Origin: Octopus bimaculoides
Lineage: Eukaryota
Direction of reading: 5' to 3'
NCBI RefSeq assembly: GCF_001194135.2
Contig: NC_068981.1
Span: 57,363,210 to 57,427,209, forward strand
Length of the DNA: 64,000 bases
Every line of letters begins with the position of its first letter. Within the stretch, counting starts at the first letter, position 1. The notes below the pieces were generated by a model. The model made no database searches and was not told where the DNA came from. It saw only the letters and a list, made by a program, of their open reading frames with translations. Both the position numbers and the translations under genes were made by a program. Shown piece by piece: positions 62,311-64,000 of this stretch.

Positions 62311-64000
62311 TAAGACTACTTAATACTATTTTCACAGGACAAAAGTCACTTAAGAATTGCTTCCCTTTAATTAACTTTACTACTCACCGTGTGCGCCACG
62401 TGGTTGACATCTTCTAGACTTATAAGGTACTTTATTTTATTTTACTTGGCGTTTTCATTAGTATTTCGTTTTTGTTAGAACAACTAAACTTATATACATT
62501 GAATCAGAATTGCTTCTTTAGAGTACACAAGTATTTTTGACCATATACTGTGCATGTATATATACACATTTAATTTTGATTTGACTTTTCTTGATTTAGC
62601 TTTTCTTGTACGAGTCAATGGATACTAATAGACTTGTTAATTCACATCCATCAGCTTTATTTTTATTTTTAAATTTCATTTTTTCACATCCTAAAGCAAG
62701 ACTTAATTGAAACCGTAATTTACTGTTCTCAGTTAAAATTACGGCTTACCTACACAAGTGTCCGTTCCCCTTACTTTGGTTTCTCATAACTTACAGGAAA
62801 ATGGATATATATATATATATTTTTTTGATTTACAGATTGAAACCTCTTAAATAATAACACAAATCTTATTCCCTGAAACTTCATGATAGCCAGAACGCCC
62901 TGTCGTACTAGGCTCTCCGTTATGACTTTTGCTTCATTCTTCAAAAGTTGATAAAATAAATATCAGCCAGGCGTTGGTGTAGATTACTTTCCTTCTGCCA
63001 AATTTGTCGATTTAGGCTTATATATTTTTTAAAAAATCATTTTGTGATCCATAGCAAGCGGAACCCATAACAGAATACCAACATTTTGGTTTTTTCAGTT
63101 TCTGTTTAGAATACGTATACTGATATCTACTTAGTTTGTGTGTGGGTCTCTTCTTTAATCACTGCCAAGTTATGAAAAACAATCGTGACATGGAGAAAAT
63201 GAAACTAATTCTCAACTACGAAAGATTAACAAAAAAAAAAAAATAATAATTAAAACATGTATATTTATTTCATTCAATTGAAAGTATTACTTTCGGGAAA
63301 ATGGATGGAGCTCCTTTAGAAACGCACCTCTCCAAGAAAATGAAATGCAATTTTAAAAAGTTATGAAAATGGAAAATATATACAAAATAAATTATGTATG
63401 CAAAACATTAGAAAGATTCATCCATTTTTTAATATTTTATACTAAAAAGTGAAACAAACGATAAACGGACACTCGCGAATATAAACAAACATGTCAGACG
63501 ATACAAGGGGAGGTAATTTACTTTTACCAGTCAGGTATTATTAATGATACGAGGAGCCTGACAATATCGTTTGCCAATTCTTGATTGGTTTTAATCAGAT
63601 TTTTTTTTACTGTGCACACTCGTTAGGGTTAGGTGGTTTGCACTCGCGTTACCTTCGCCCATTTTATGATGATGTCATATACGACAGAAATAATTATAAA
63701 ACAACAGAGTAAATATATTTAAGAAGTATGCCAGCTTTGTTATTTTGGTGGACATTGGAATTAGACACTGAGGGAAAATGGCTGTAACTTTTTTATTTTT
63801 TAAGTTAGGCGATTTTCGTTTTCGATAATGTATTCTATATGTCCCGGTCATGCGATTCCCCCTAAAAAGCATATCAAGTTTCGTGGTAGGGACTCCACAT
63901 GTGATCCTTTTTCTGTTTCAATATAAATTAAAGCCGTTCATTTTCACATCTAAGTTGCGAGAAGGCTACTCGTACGACTTGGACATGTAGAACACAACGT

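Overview
AT-rich, repeat-dense animal genomic DNA with eight N-gaps. The repeat families, such as the RTE-LINE tail ending ...ggaaagcggacgttaaacgatgatg and the tRNA-derived SINEs, resemble coleoid cephalopod (Octopus-type) DNA; this is an inference from pattern recognition. The main feature, largely missed by the ORF track, is a complete spliced interferon regulatory factor (IRF) gene on the minus strand. It has 10 coding exons from 29132 to 12569, all with GT-AG boundaries and consistent phases, giving 371 aa. The protein has a five-tryptophan IRF DNA-binding domain, an acidic linker, an IAD/SMAD-FHA-like domain and a C-terminal pLxIS-like motif (SIQMSEPD). A candidate non-coding first exon ends at 40167. 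Just upstream sit a perfect ISRE (40311-40324) and two GAS-type sites, and further IRF-E motifs lie in intron 1. Together these suggest a STAT-inducible, self-reinforcing IRF circuit in an animal with no known interferon. A single-exon ankyrin-repeat ORF (1781-2287, +) lies convergent to it. The rest is transposon debris (RTE, Crack/L2-like, Penelope-like, Ty3/Gypsy, Helitron, Tc1, pogo, SINEs) plus many long inverted repeats, several hammerhead-ribozyme-like motifs tied to Penelope-type repeats, and an unexplained ~0.8-kb-period degenerate tandem array at 42.2-44.4 kb. There is no rRNA, intact tRNA or CRISPR array.
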